Positions 11,030-25,575 of a stretch of DNA of 42,226 nt are shown here, piece by piece. Every line of letters begins with the position of its first letter. The stretch's first letter is position 1. Made by a program: the position numbers and the translations under genes. The stretch lies in NCBI GenBank assembly GCA_001642005.1, contig LWCA01000190.1:1-42226 (forward strand), in the 5' to 3' direction. The notes beneath the pieces are model-generated. The model saw nothing but the letters and a program-made list of their open reading frames with translations, did no database searches and was not told where the DNA came from. This stretch comes from Intoshia linei (Eukaryota > Animalia > Orthonectida).

Positions 11030-11368
11030 TATATGCTTTTAATTTATAAATTTCAAAACGTGGGAGCGATAAATAAAATATACTATAGTTTACATTTTTC
11101 AAAAACTTTATTGTAATATTAATTTTCAATTTTCAAAAACGTAATGTAAAATTTACTTTAATTAATGTACGTAAAATTTGAATAAGCTTTTAATTAAACC
11201 AATATCAGGTCAATTCATACTACAATTTTATCTGAATTTAAACTAGAAACTGGAATTAATGCATTATTATAATGAAATGAATTAAATTTTAACATTGACT
11301 TTGCGTGGTTGTATGATATAAAAATCTGTTAGACATTCCTAGCGATGGATAAAGTTTATTTCTAATCA

Positions 11369-11812
11369 ATGACTGAAAATAATTTAAAACACTTAAGTGA
11401 ACTTTTAATTGAAATAAATGAATTGAGAAACAACCTTGATGATTTCTTAAAAGAAGGATTTTTATATTTGACATTGTCAAAGAAAAAAACAAAGAACGAA
11501 ATCGGCGAAATGATGTACCCGGAGGAGATGCTTTCCGTTTGGAATATTTTTGAAGAGTATAATGAAAAGCCACTTGCTGAAACAATTAAATCTGAAAAAC
11601 CCAGCGGGAAACGAAATAAAAAAATTTTTCAAACTAATCCTGTCAATTGGTTTGGAGTTTTAATTCCTGAAACATTACGGCATTGTCAAACAATTTTTAA
11701 AAATGGGGTCATACAGACGATAATTTTATTGGCAAACAAATATTTGGAAATGGAACAAGTAATGAATTTGATTGATGGAGCAGAAACTGAAAAATTATTT
11801 CCAAAAAAATGA
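11369..11812 (+). CDS. CCDC115: V-ATPase assembly factor Vma22/CCDC115 homologue, 147 aa
   Basis: N-terminal coiled coil with LKEGFLYL and C-terminal NPVNWFGVLIPETLRHCQTIF, matching the family motif DPLxWFGILVPxSLRxAQxxF. Confidence 0.85.
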   Translation: MTENNLKHLSELLIEINELRNNLDDFLKEGFLYLTLSKKKTKNEIGEMMYPEEMLSVWNIFEEYNEKPLAETIKSEKPSGKRNKKIFQTNPVNWFGVLIPETLRHCQTIFKNGVIQTIILLANKYLEMEQVMNLIDGAETEKLFPKK

Positions 11813-12037
11813 ATTACAAGTGTATCAAGTTGATAATCGTTTGACCAAGTGTGAATAAATGTATACCGAATCGTTTGTTTATTCTTGTTGGCATAAAACT
11901 GATAATTACTTCACATTGTTGTTTTGATATTGCGATGTCATATCTTTTGTCATCAAGTCACTAAATAGCAAATGCACTTCAAGTAGATAACGACATAATC
12001 GTTAATTTGTTAAAATTTATTTAATTTACAAATTTGG

Positions 12038-15000
12038 TTAGATAGTTATATTAGAATGAAAAATTTTTATAAACAGTGCAGACAAATCCACATCTCCAAC
12101 CACATTTTTGAAGAATAGTAGTTTTATAGTGTTTTCAAGCTGGTTGACGCTGTCGTTTAGTTTAATTTCGGAAATTAGATTGACAAAATTGCCAAATCGC
12201 ATATTGTTGTAATTGTACTCTTTTTTGGTGATATAATTAAATAGTTTGTACTGTGATTCATCGAGATAGTGGCAAATTTTTTCTTGTTCCATCTTATCCA
12301 TATTTGATTCTTTCTTTAAATCTAAATTTTCATTATTAATATATTTTCGTGTACCATTTACTTTTTTTATATAATATCATGTTGACAATAAGACTGTATT
12401 CATCAGCGTCAATGTTGAGTCTGCTAAATCTTTCACATATTTCGAGAAACTTTTGGGTATTTTTTAAATTTCCATCGACTAAAATTTAAACAAAATTAAA
12501 ACTGCTTATAAAAATAATAAAATGAAAAATTACATTCATCTTTAATCAAATTTTGATATACATCTTGAGCTAATATACTTTGGAGGTTAATTTGAGCGGC
12601 ACCCAAAACAAATAATTCGGCCCACGTATCTTTAAGAATTATATTTTTACTGTATTCGCACAATGATTGGAAACTTGTCAAGTTTTGTAAACGGTGTATG
12701 ATATTTACCATGATCCTGGATGAAATTTCATAAATTGAAATGAGTTGAGAGGGGTGTTTTGGTTTTGGTGAAATTTGAGGTACTTGATAATTTTTGAAAA
12801 TTTTGTTTTCAAATTTTTTGATAACATCATTTTTTTTTCGTTTTATGTAAGATGGTAAAAATGGCGCTTCTTTTTCTTCTAAGCAATTGGGGGAGGTTTT
12901 TTTATTATAATTATTCTCGTCTTTTTCAACTTTTATTTTGTTCTGAATTGAATTGAGTATCATTGAGTTGTAATACAATTGATTCATATAGTCATTTATT
13001 GAATCTACGTTTTGATTGATTGGTTTTTTGGGTGGATTAAATAGTTGAATTGATGTAAACTTTTTTTCGTTTTTTTTTAATTTGGTTCTTGACAAATAAG
13101 TCTGGTGTGTGTCTTGTAGATACAATGCTACTTGTTTGCGTATTGTTGAACTTCTTGGACCACGTTCGTGTTGAACGGCTAAATTTTAATAAATCTTAAT
13201 AAATTTTATTCATACGTTTCAATTAAAAAAAATAAATTACCTTTACTGCAGTAAAATTTTTCAAATTTTATAATTATTATTACATTGAAATAAAATATAA
13301 ATAAAATTGCACCAAACTATATAATTTGTACCAGGTAATTTTAAATTTGCCATGATAATAACTTTTAATAAATGTAAACATTATATGATTTGGCGGTTAT
13401 TTTTCAACAGGCAATATTTTATTTATATCATCTTATCAATTTTTAATTGATAACAATATTAATTTTTTTTGATGAATTCAATGTGTGATATGAAATACAT
13501 GTAATTTAATTTATTTAATTGTAAGTAGATAATTATAGTGACCAGATTCGATTATGTCGTACCGCGAGGCCCTTGCTCGCGTATATGGCGAAATTGTATT
13601 AGAATGGACACCTCATTTTTCCAAATTCAGCATTTAAAAAATTATATTTTTTTATGTCACAATTCTTTTATTTGGCAAATGCAAACTGTCAATGTAGGTC
13701 CGTGGAGACGTCGCTCTGGTTTTATGGTACAGTAGGTGCTCGAAAAGTGACCAATTCGTATATGTGACCATCTCCAAAAGGTGAATACTTTTTTAGATGC
13801 TATACCAAAACTATACTAATGTAAATTAACTTTACTTTTAAAATTGTTCATTAAATATCAAATAGAAACAACCGTAGCGGAAAAAATTTTATTTTTATAG
13901 TCTAATATCAACTATTTTGTGTGTTAATTTTAAAATTTTAACTAAGAGCATTAGACAGGTGGTTTTGTTATTATTTGTGATAATTTTTATAGGAATCTAT
14001 TTTTCATTTTAACCGCCCGCATCCTGTCTGAGGCTACTAGCTTAACTGTAGACTTCTGTCCGAAGTACAACTTATCACGAGTCGAATTCACACTTCAAAA
14101 ATTTTATCAACACAGTTCGGAACATAAAATTTAAATTTTTATCAATAATAATTTCAAGAAACAGTCTTTAACGAACTTTAATCCAACCACAAACACATTT
14201 TTTGAAATTTTAAATGTTAAATTAATTATATTATTTAATTTTTATGTATTGAAATTGTTAAAGGTTTAAAATCGGCACCATTCATAAGTATTATATAATT
14301 AAAATGATATGATAGTTATGTCTTGTATTATATCTATGAAAATATGTATCATAACATTTACTTTTATTCATCTGTCTCCTACTGATGTATAATTTAATGA
14401 ATTGTAAAAAATTGTCATATATATATTTTTAGAGTTTTTATATTTTAAAAATTGATTTAAATTTTGATTTAATAGATATTTCAGTCACAGTATGAAAACT
14501 AACTTGAAAATTTTAAAATGTAGTTTTTTTAGTTATTAGAATTTGCGACAGCATAATAAACCAGGGCCGTGGAGAGGGGTTAGGAGCATATGGCCCGGGC
14601 CGACAATCGTGAAAGGCCTACTTTTTTAATTTATATGTAATTTAATTTAATAGGTAACGGTTAAATTTCCAAAATTATTTTAAGGTATACCAAAATTATT
14701 GTATAACACAGTAAAATTGTTATATTAACAGTCCAATTAGTTATTTTTAATTTATATTAATTAATATAGTGTTTCTTATATAATAAATAAGTATAGTGTT
14801 CACAATAAATAATTCTGATAAGCCTTATCAGATAATGGTCTCTAATTGTGTGATTTTGTATAATTTGTTTCGTATATAAGGCCTACAATTTAATCTGACC
14901 GGACCCATTGTTGGATCTCTACGCTCCTGGATACACTGATGGACTGAACTTTCAATCTTATATACAATGCATTGTATATAATGTATTAAATTGCAATGTA

Positions 15001-18000
15001 AGTTAGGGTTTTTAAATATGGTCATAACTAAATCAGATTAATAAATTTTTATATTTATTTATTTATTTGTTAAAATATTATTCACAGTTGTACGATTTTA
15101 TTCTTGCGTCTTCATTAAAGAACTACAATCATAAAAAATTAAATCTATTGACCTTGTTAAAAATTTTTTGACAATAAAATAAATGAATAACCAATGAAAA
15201 TCAAAAAAATGAATCAAACTGTTAACATGGTATAAATTAATAATTAAAATTTTTATATTTGAATTGTTAAACAATATTAAACAATTAAAAACAATTTATA
15301 AATTAGTCATAAATTATTTATTGGTTTTATTTGATTGTTAAGTTAATTAATCAAATGTAAAATGTAATTGTATCTAATAAACAAGGTTAATCTTTAAATT
15401 TTTTTGTTTTTTTTAGATATGAATCATTATTTCTTTATGTAGTAAAGTTAGTGGGTTAACTATTTTCATTCTATTAGGGAATGTGATATATATGCAAAAT
15501 TATTTAAATATTTATTTTACAGCATGGATTCTTAAGCTAGGGTGCCTTAAAATATAGAATAATTGATTCACATTTTCCTTTTTTTACAAATTATGAAAAT
15601 TCAAAATGTCATAAAAATTGGCCCAGGTTTTTCGATAATTATTATAATAGCCAGTGTTGCATTTAATACAAATCCAAGGATCACCACCGATCCACAGAAA
15701 AATTAAATATAATAATTGCAATGTTATAACCACGAAAACTATTGTATATATTTTTTAAGATAATGTTTTACTTAAAATTGATATCCAATTAAATTTACGT
15801 GTAAAATATAAGACATAGGATTTAGTCTAAAAAGCCTAGCTGATTTCATACTATACAAGGCTCCGCTCACTGTTAATAAATATCTAAAATTTACAATATC
15901 ATAATCATAACTGAAGGATCTCATTGATATTTTAATAATAAATAATTATTTATGTTTTTCTATCTTGAATCAATCTTAAATTCATAGAATAATAAAAAAA
16001 TAGAATGAAACATTTCAAATTGCTAAAATTTTAATTTTTTTTAAAAAAAATTATAATGGGGCCATAAAAAGATTAGTAAAGAAGTGTTATCGTTTCAAAA
16101 AGATTGGGAAACCTTTTTATAGATAATTCACTGTTTCTGAACTTTTTTTTATCATTGGGCGCTCTTGGAAGTAATTAAAAAAAGTAAAACTTTTATATGT
16201 ATTGTGTACTAACTGAAAGTATTTACTAGATTTACGATTTTGTAAGGAAAAGGGGTAAATTTGAGATGAAAGTTTTTTGTTTCGGTTCAAAAATTAAAAA
16301 ACATAAAAATCTGAAGTGACTCATTAAGTGAAATGGTGTACAGCTCGGTTTAAATTTTTCGCTCGGCACATATAAAATTTAGTGGAGTACTGGTGCACTC
16401 CGGTTGCAGCGGTTGAGAAAAACTGAGCTAATGTAATGAAACGAAAACACTAATTAGATTGAATTTTGATAATAAAAGGTATGATTCAAGTTCAATCATC
16501 TAAAACCTGTGAAAATTAGAGACTTGGTTTCAAAATTCACATTTCAAAATCAGTTGTATCTAATATATTTATTGACCGTTACAGTATTCAAACAATTTTA
16601 TTTAAAGTTAACTTTTGTTTGATATCTACCGCCATCCGGTTAATTAAAATTTTTATTATATAAAAACAAAATTATTTATCCATTTTAATAATAATATCGG
16701 TACGTTAACATGTATGATATATTTTAATTAACCGGAAATAAATTTTAATCTGTGTATATAAAAAAAACACAATAATATGCATATTGTTCAAATTGATAAA
16801 ACCGACAAAATCCAGAAAATCGATTTAACTTTAATCAAATATAATTTCCAAATATTTTGTATAAATGTGATTTATGTGACCTACTAGCATGAGATTTAAA
16901 ATACGAAATAACAATTATTGGTTTGGCATATGCATTAAAAAGGAAATTATTCATGTCACATTAATGTATTGGTACAATTCAATTTTTAGGGTCTTTGTCT
17001 GCCAAAATCGACCAAGTTCAAACATAAACACAATTACAGTCATCTAATAATTTGTACAACATGCAATTTACATGTCATCTCACCGAGATATAAAGCAGGA
17101 AATAATAAACACAAAAACATGAAAACAGCAAAATGTCAAAACAAAAAAAAATTTAACAAAAAGAAAAAATCCAATATTATAAAAATTATGAAAACTGAAA
17201 AATGTACCCTAATAAATAAAAATGGAATTATAAATGAACAAGTGCGTAAAATGATTCAATTATGAATTTAATTTATGAATTTGGCTTTGATGTAAAAATA
17301 TAAACACATGGCCTTTGAAGCTAAAGGTTAATATTTTTGGATGCAAACATTGTTAAATTTGTAAAAATTGTAAATCCATAATGGGATAATTTTAATTTAA
17401 TTATGGTTTTATATTAGCGTGTAATGGCTCATTCTACGAATAAATTTCAAGTGGTTAAGAGTAAATATAAACGATTTAAAAACAATTTTTATTGAATTAT
17501 TGCATTTACCCCCCAAGCATCATACTTGGTGCAAACAAATACATTGTATATAATTCAATGTGTTAATAAATATCGTCTCACGATAATTAATTCATAATGT
17601 ATATTAATTCAAATCGGATTTTGATCAAGTTAATGGATTAACATAAACATTAAATACATCAGTAGCTAAAATGACTAATCGCTTTTTAAAAGAATAAACG
17701 GAAATAGTGCATAAATATCAAACAATAGCCATAAGCACTAATCTACATTATTTCGTATTCAAGAATTCCAGTATGTATCAAATATGTTTATAAATACATG
17801 ATAAAGGTATTTATGGCTTCGTTTCCTGTAATGGAAAACTATAAACAACCAAATACTAATAACTTTGTCAAATATCAAAATAACCACAAAAAGCCACTAA
17901 TTTTTGTGAATCAAAGTGACATTAATTGACAAAATGTTTTAACTGACTGCGTGACTTGTCAAAAATGTAAATTGAAAAAGCAAATAAATTTGTATTATTC

Positions 18001-18707
18001 AATTATACTCTGTAATGAACCAGAAAAACTGCTTCTAGTCACAAAAAGTATAGCAACAGTATATGGGAATGTTGATAATGTAATTATTAATAAATTTCCG
18101 AGGGGAATGTCATATAATCAAATTACCTTCACGATTCATTCCTTTTCTTATGCATTTGTCTAATCGACAAGCTCTACATTGATTCCTGTGAATTTTATCG
18201 ATTGGGCAAAGTTCTCCTCCACGTATTTTACAAATGTACTGTCTATTGTGGCGAATGGATCTCTATTAGATTAATCAATTTTACAATAAATCATAATAAT
18301 AAATGTAATAAATAGTGTTAACATGTATTACGTATACTAATGTATACGCGGGAAAGATGTACTAGAAATTTCAATTGCTTTTGACATATTTCACCAGAGC
18401 ATAATTTATGATTGCAATTTAAAATACGTTTCCTCCCTTCCCTATCGCATGTGTATTCTAATTACCTTAAAAAATCCAGCACATCTAAATGTAAATAGAT
18501 TAATAAAGTATATGATGACATGTATGATAATAATGTATACCCATCACAAGCGTATATTCCGTAATGTTTCCCTGAAGAATTATCGCTACAAACTTTACAT
18601 GGAATATCCAATAGTATTCTACCCACGAAATTGCAGTTTCCTTCAAGATTCTTACTGGATTGAATGGATGATTCTGAACTGCTAGCTCCATTCATTATGT
18701 TTGACAT
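12038..18707 (-). CDS. NR2E1: Nuclear receptor tailless/TLX (NR2E1 group), 6 exons
   Basis: Exons 18707-18541, 18484-18466, 18262-18127, 13178-12534, 12478-12362 and 12321-12038 are in phase. The DBD reads [90 protein letters not shown], with the CDGCAG P-box and 7-residue D-box typical of TLX. The LBD has [15 protein letters not shown] and FFKNVVG. Confidence 0.93.
14562..14929. mobile_element. hAT-like MITE, CAGGGCCGTGGAGAG family
   Basis: Imperfect TIRs cagggccgtggagag / ctctacgctcctg. The internal sequence is the reverse complement of the copies at 20638, 21830 and 29137. Confidence 0.7.
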
Positions 18708-19504
18708 TAATTTTGAATTCTGAATTGTTATATGTGAAATTATTATGTTGAAATGTATTTATGAGAATGAAACATATTTAAATTTAAACATTAGTAATCC
18801 GAGTTAAACAGAATTAATCTAAATATTATAATTAATTCTCTTATTTTTTTAAAAACACTATATCGTTAAATTTAATTGTGAATTTAATTGTTTTACTCAA
18901 AGAGTATTGTTTAAACTTTAAAGACCTTACACTCTTCACAATTATAACCATTTAAAATTACCTATTTGGTTTATTACCTGATTTTCAATGAAAATTTATA
19001 AAATTTTTCAATTTCTATTGTAACACAGTTTTGGATTGGTTCTGATAAATGCAACTAAATGTTGTTAAATCACGATAAATGTGTCAATCTGTTTATTGAT
19101 TGCGACGTAGCAGTCGAATTTATGACCACGCCTATACAATATAAAAGTTAATTCAAACTTTGTTTTACTGATTCATGCTTTATTATTGGCTCAATCAACA
19201 ATAACGCCTATTAGTCAAAAATTAAACGATGAGAGTTCATACACCAAAAAGACTATTACAAATGAAATTGCTTCACAGATAAAACTAGAGTTGCCTTGAA
19301 CAATATCAACTCATTTTTATAACGAAATGGCGTACGATTCGTAATACTTTGTAGTCTGACAATTTGATCTGTTACATGACTAATTTAAGAGTATTACTAT
19401 ATTTATGTTGAAAATTTTTCATTATCGATGAATATCACTCAACATGTTATAAATGATTAAAGCAAGCAGGTAACAAGTGACGAAACTTCAATGAAAGTAA
19501 TTTT

Positions 19505-19536
19505 GGATTAATGCCTTAATTTGATTAAGCGTGACA
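19505..19536. promoter_or_regulatory. Candidate tailless upstream enhancer module (Otx site, P3 site, Pax6-like site)
   Basis: GGATTA (19505-19510), TAATTTGATTA (19517-19527) and minus-strand TGTCACGCTTAATCAA (19521-19536), about 800 bp upstream of the ATG. Motif match only. Confidence 0.3.
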
Positions 19537-20637
19537 TATGATCTCTTCGTTCGTGTCGCATAATAACACCATTATACAATTCGCTTTCTTTGAAAGCTAA
19601 CAAAGCCATTCCAACTTGAAATCATTTAACCACTCCATATCGACATAAATATTTAGCCGTTATGCCGTTTGAATATGTAGCGGTCAAATTATAATTCAAT
19701 TTGTATTATCCAAATTACTCAAGTGTTTGTGCCTGTATGGAACAATTAAAAATTAAATGTTTAATTGATTTATTCCAGCTTGTTAATATCTTTTGCTACA
19801 AATCACTACATTTCAATTAATATACATGAATCACTCAACGAGAACTTTTAGCAACAAAATGTATAATGTGTAATTACCCGCAAATATATTCATTATAATA
19901 ATTTCTATTAATTGTCCCATTTACATATCTCATGTTAACTGAATTAAAAATAGTGTAGTATAAGTTAATCTTACTGTAGCCATAATTTATCTCATTTAAT
20001 CAACCATGAGAAGAATACTAATTGTTGTATAGTGGTTATTAATATTTTTATTGTTTCAATCAAAAATTTACACTTGAAGTATTTATGTATAATGTCACAC
20101 ACTTTGAACCATTGACTCGTATATTACAAAATTCAAGACTATTAAATCATCTTTAAAATTTTACTATTTTATTTTAAAAAGATGACAAATAGACTGTTAT
20201 GGTGGTGTGATTGGAGTCATTCTAGAATCTAGATGAAAAATATGTAAAATATGGCATATCATTTAACTGAAAGAAATGTGGTGACGAGTTGGATAAATTT
20301 TTCAACATCTTAGTTAGAGTTTACCACCCTAAATAAAAAATTACATACATGATCATGAAAAAATTATATATAATAGTTATATCTTAAGTACATGGCGTGG
20401 AGAGTCAACAGAGGACCCGAACTGGTCAGATCAAAATTATAGGATTTTGTAATATACAAAAAAATGCATTGCTAAAAAAATGAATTAATTTAATGATCCG
20501 AAAAAAGTTAAAATTAAACTCAAATATTTAAATTCGCATGATATATATATATATGTGACCGATCAGATTATTTACGCATCCCCGCTTGGTATATTAGATA
20601 GAAAATGTTAATATAAAATTTTCCTACATTAACTACA

Positions 20638-20890
20638 CAGGGCCGTGGAGACTTGTGGACCTACTATAAAAATTTTTTCAAAAATGGGACCTCTATGTAT
20701 TGCTTAATGGATCGTTCATTATCTAAAAATTAAAAATAACCGTTGCAAATCGCATTGGTTATCGAAATTTTGGTATACTTAAGAAATTTTCTGACATTAC
20801 CTATTAATTAAAATGTGAATGAATTGAAAAGTGAATTAAAAAAAGAAGTCTATCATGATTGTAAGACAGGGCTATATGGCCCTGTACCTA
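20638..20890. mobile_element. hAT-like MITE, CAGGGCCGTGGAGAG family, degenerate right end
   Basis: Starts cagggccgtggagac and shares the internal block aaaattaaaaataaccgttg..atcgcattggttatcgaaattttggtatactt with 29137-29384. Confidence 0.7.
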
Positions 20891-21829
20891 CATGTGTACT
20901 TTATTATAGTAGAGCCTTGATAATCATTGATCTTCATAGGCATCTAATTTACCAACAGTGAAAGGTCTCCACAGACTCGGTTATACTTTAATGTGAAAAT
21001 TTAATATCCTTGGTAAGGATTCCTTATTTATATAGAATTGTTTGTTTACTGTGACATGCTTGTGCTATAGACTTAAAATTATTGAACAAGTTATTCTTAG
21101 TTATAATTTTAAATCCTAGAATGCCCAAATTATAAATTTATATTATACTACTATTACTTCTATATTATTCTATTTTATTTCGAGTTTGCAAGAACCTATA
21201 GTCACATGATCGATCACAGTAATAATACACTTTTACATTTCAGTTTTATTCCAGTTAATTTTTTTTAAATTTTGTGGATGCATTTTAATGTAGGAATTTT
21301 ATTACCAATACATTTATCTTTTGTTTCGATATATTGAGTGTTAATAGGCGTAAAAAATTAACATTGACATATAATGAGTGATTTGATATTATGTATGGTA
21401 TTGAATCATAAAAATAATAACAATTTTCAATTTTATAATCATTTGCAAATAGAAATATTTATACCCAGAGTGATTGGTATACGTTTTGTTGTTTAAAAAT
21501 CCGTACGCGGTCGGGTCAACGGTTTTATTATGATAAGTTGCTTAAGCACATTGATAAATTATCAAATATTATAAAGACTTACGAATAATGGGTATTGAAT
21601 TTTACAACACGGACCAAAGTACTGCCTGGAACGATCCATAGCCTGTTTTCGGATTAAATTTAATTATAACTGTTACTAAATTATTTTTATTAATGTAAAT
21701 TTAAAGTTCGTAATTCGGATTGTAATGATACAATTTTTGAATTTCATATTCGGATCATGCTTTGCACAGAGTTACAGAACTGTAATGAGAGATAAATACA
21801 AGCGTATTTGTTTAATTATAGGGATGTAC

Positions 21830-22087
21830 TGAGGCGTGGAGAGCCAGCAATAGGTCCCGGCCAGATGGAAATTGTAGACTCCTATAAATTTTTTTTCTAA
21901 AATGGACCTCTATACATTGCTTATTCGATCATTTATTATCTAAAAATTAAAAATGACCGTTGGAAATCGCATAGGTTCTCAAAATTGTTATATACCTAAG
22001 AATTTTTCCAACATTACCTATTAATAAATGAATAAAGTAGCCCCTCATGATTGTATACCCGAGCCATATGGCCTTCTCCACGGCTTG
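21830..22087. mobile_element. hAT-like MITE, CAGGGCCGTGGAGAG family
   Basis: Ends gaggcgtggagag .. ttctccacggcttg, with the same internal block as the other copies. Confidence 0.7.
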
Positions 22088-22179
22088 GGAATATGGAAAA
22101 CAAAAAACGGCTGGAATGTGTCGTAACACAGCCGTTGGAAAGACTAACTTATGGATTAGAATAGAATCGGTATACTTAC

Positions 22180-23474
22180 CAGAGGCGGATTCAAGAGGAT
22201 GCAAAAGGTGCAGTTGCACCCCTAAATTAAATTAAAAACTAAATTAAACAAAATATAATGGAAAATGTTGGGGAAATGAGTCGATTTTTTTCATTCTCTT
22301 GTAAAAGACAAGATATTTTAACAAAAGCTTTGGATAAATATCCTGCTATTAAAGCTAAAAAACTTAAAGATGTTTGTAAAACTTGGTGGATACAACGAAT
22401 TGATTCATTAAACATATTTTATGAAATGTATGAAGTAATTATGGAGGTGATGCAAGAAATTTTTGAACTTAAAGACAATTCTTCTACAAAGGCCACTGGT
22501 TTCAGTCACATTTTGAATAATTTCACATTTTTAGTTTTTTTAATTATTGTTAAAAATTGTTTCCAAAATTTATATGCAAAAGAGTTTGCCTTCTCTTTAA
22601 ATATTGAAGAAAAAAAACCACGCTGTACAAAGAGACAAGCTAACAGAGCAAATATAGAGGGATCTGACATTGAGAGTTTTTTAAAATAAACATTGCAATT
22701 CCTTTTTTCGATTCTATTTTAGCTGAACTCAGTTTACAATTTTTCAGTGGTGAACAGATTTTTTTGAAAGGATTTTCTCTACATCCCACTTATTTCAAAA
22801 CGTGTCATTTTGAAGATTTGAGAGATTTCGCAGAAAAATATGAATTATTTTTACCATGCATATCATTAGTCTAATGATATTTATGATTTATTATTTAATC
22901 TAATTATTAGATGAAGATCTTAAAGCAGAATATACTAGATGGAAATAAAATAACTTGATTCAAAAATTACTATCATACAATTAATCGAAAGCTGCAATTC
23001 TAATTTGTTTCCAAATATTCATCAACTTATAATTATTTTGGCAACATTGCCTATCACCACATATGAATGTGAACGCTCCATTAGCATTTTGAAAAAATTG
23101 AAAACCTTTTTAAGATCAACAATGACTGGTAATTGTCTAGGTGGACTAGCCCTCATGAATTACCACTATGACTATAATTTTGATATTGAAAGTTTTGTTA
23201 ATGAATTTGCAATACTTCATTCAAGAAGACTAAACAATGTCCAGTGGAAATAATTGATTTAGAATTATTTAATTAACAAAATTAATTTCTCTTTTTTTTT
23301 GTGCTGATCATTTTTTTATTTTTGCGAAAAAATTTAAATTTGGAAACTATTGTATAACAACCTTAAAATGAAATTAAAAGAGACGCTTTAAAATCAAACT
23401 AGACGCCCGTAAAATTTTTTAAAATTAAATATATTGCTCGCACCCCATTAACTAGCCTCTTGGATCCGCCCCTG
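22180..23474 (+). mobile_element. Internally deleted hAT element with ZMYM1/PRKRIR(THAP12)-like transposase remnants
   Basis: 19-bp TIRs CAGAGGCGGATTCAAGAGG / CCTCTTGGATCCGCCCCTG (2 mismatches). The ORF pieces include LKDVCKTWWIQRIDSL and the hAT dimerisation motif FPNIHQLIIILATLPITTYECERSISILKKLKTFLRSTM. No clean TSD. Confidence 0.88.
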
Positions 23475-23954
23475 TTTACTGTTAGTAATATTTTGTATGA
23501 TTTCTATGGTGTTATATAATTTAAAAAAGATTTTTCTCAATAAATCTGTAAATACTAATAGTTAAAATTGATTTTGTAGAATTTAGATCAGCCATGTCAA
23601 ACTCAAATACGTGACGGGCCTCATTATTTTGAAAATTTTTTAAACTGGCCGCATCATAAAAGTTTTGACGGAAATTGTAGGTTCAAATAAAAAGATTTTT
23701 TAAAAATGGGACATGTAAAAATTATTTAATCGAACGTTTATTGTATAAAAATTAAAAATAACAATTGGAAATCAAATTAATTATCTTAAAATTTCACAAA
23801 AATAAGAAATTTTCCTACATTATCTATTAATAAATTAATGTGACCCTATTACAGTGTAGCATGTAAATAAAATAATGGGCTAATATTAATGATTATAAAA
23901 TTGGATTAATGAAATTAAAAAAATAAATAGAAAATAATTAATTTAATGAACAAT

Positions 23955-25456
<1,502 letters not shown>

Positions 25457-25575
25457 TTTATCTTCGTACCAAGTTGAATTAAACTATCGTAGAAGATTTA
25501 TTAAGGTTGTAAAGTGTCAATAACAGGTGTACTTTTATTTACATTTATATTACAAAATAAACAGTTTCATATTAT

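Larger units (their letters stand above)
8254..11130. repeat. Tandem segmental duplication, unit B
   Basis: Paralogous to 5277-7320. It is longer because it keeps RPS12 exon 3 and carries extra MITE sequence in intron 2. Confidence 0.9.

Noticed and set aside
10693-11129. ORF-track proteins of 79 and 66 aa that look membrane-like
   Set aside because: They are read-through of RPS12 exons 1-2 into AT-rich intron and upstream sequence.
11289-11585. 98-aa minus-strand ORF
   Set aside because: Antisense to CCDC115 with no recognisable motif.
13538-13735. GC-richer 65-aa ORF in the tailless intron
   Set aside because: It begins at a transposon-terminus-like sequence and abuts a CAGTAG..CTCGAAAAGTGA repeat also seen at about 34320. 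Probably transposon debris.
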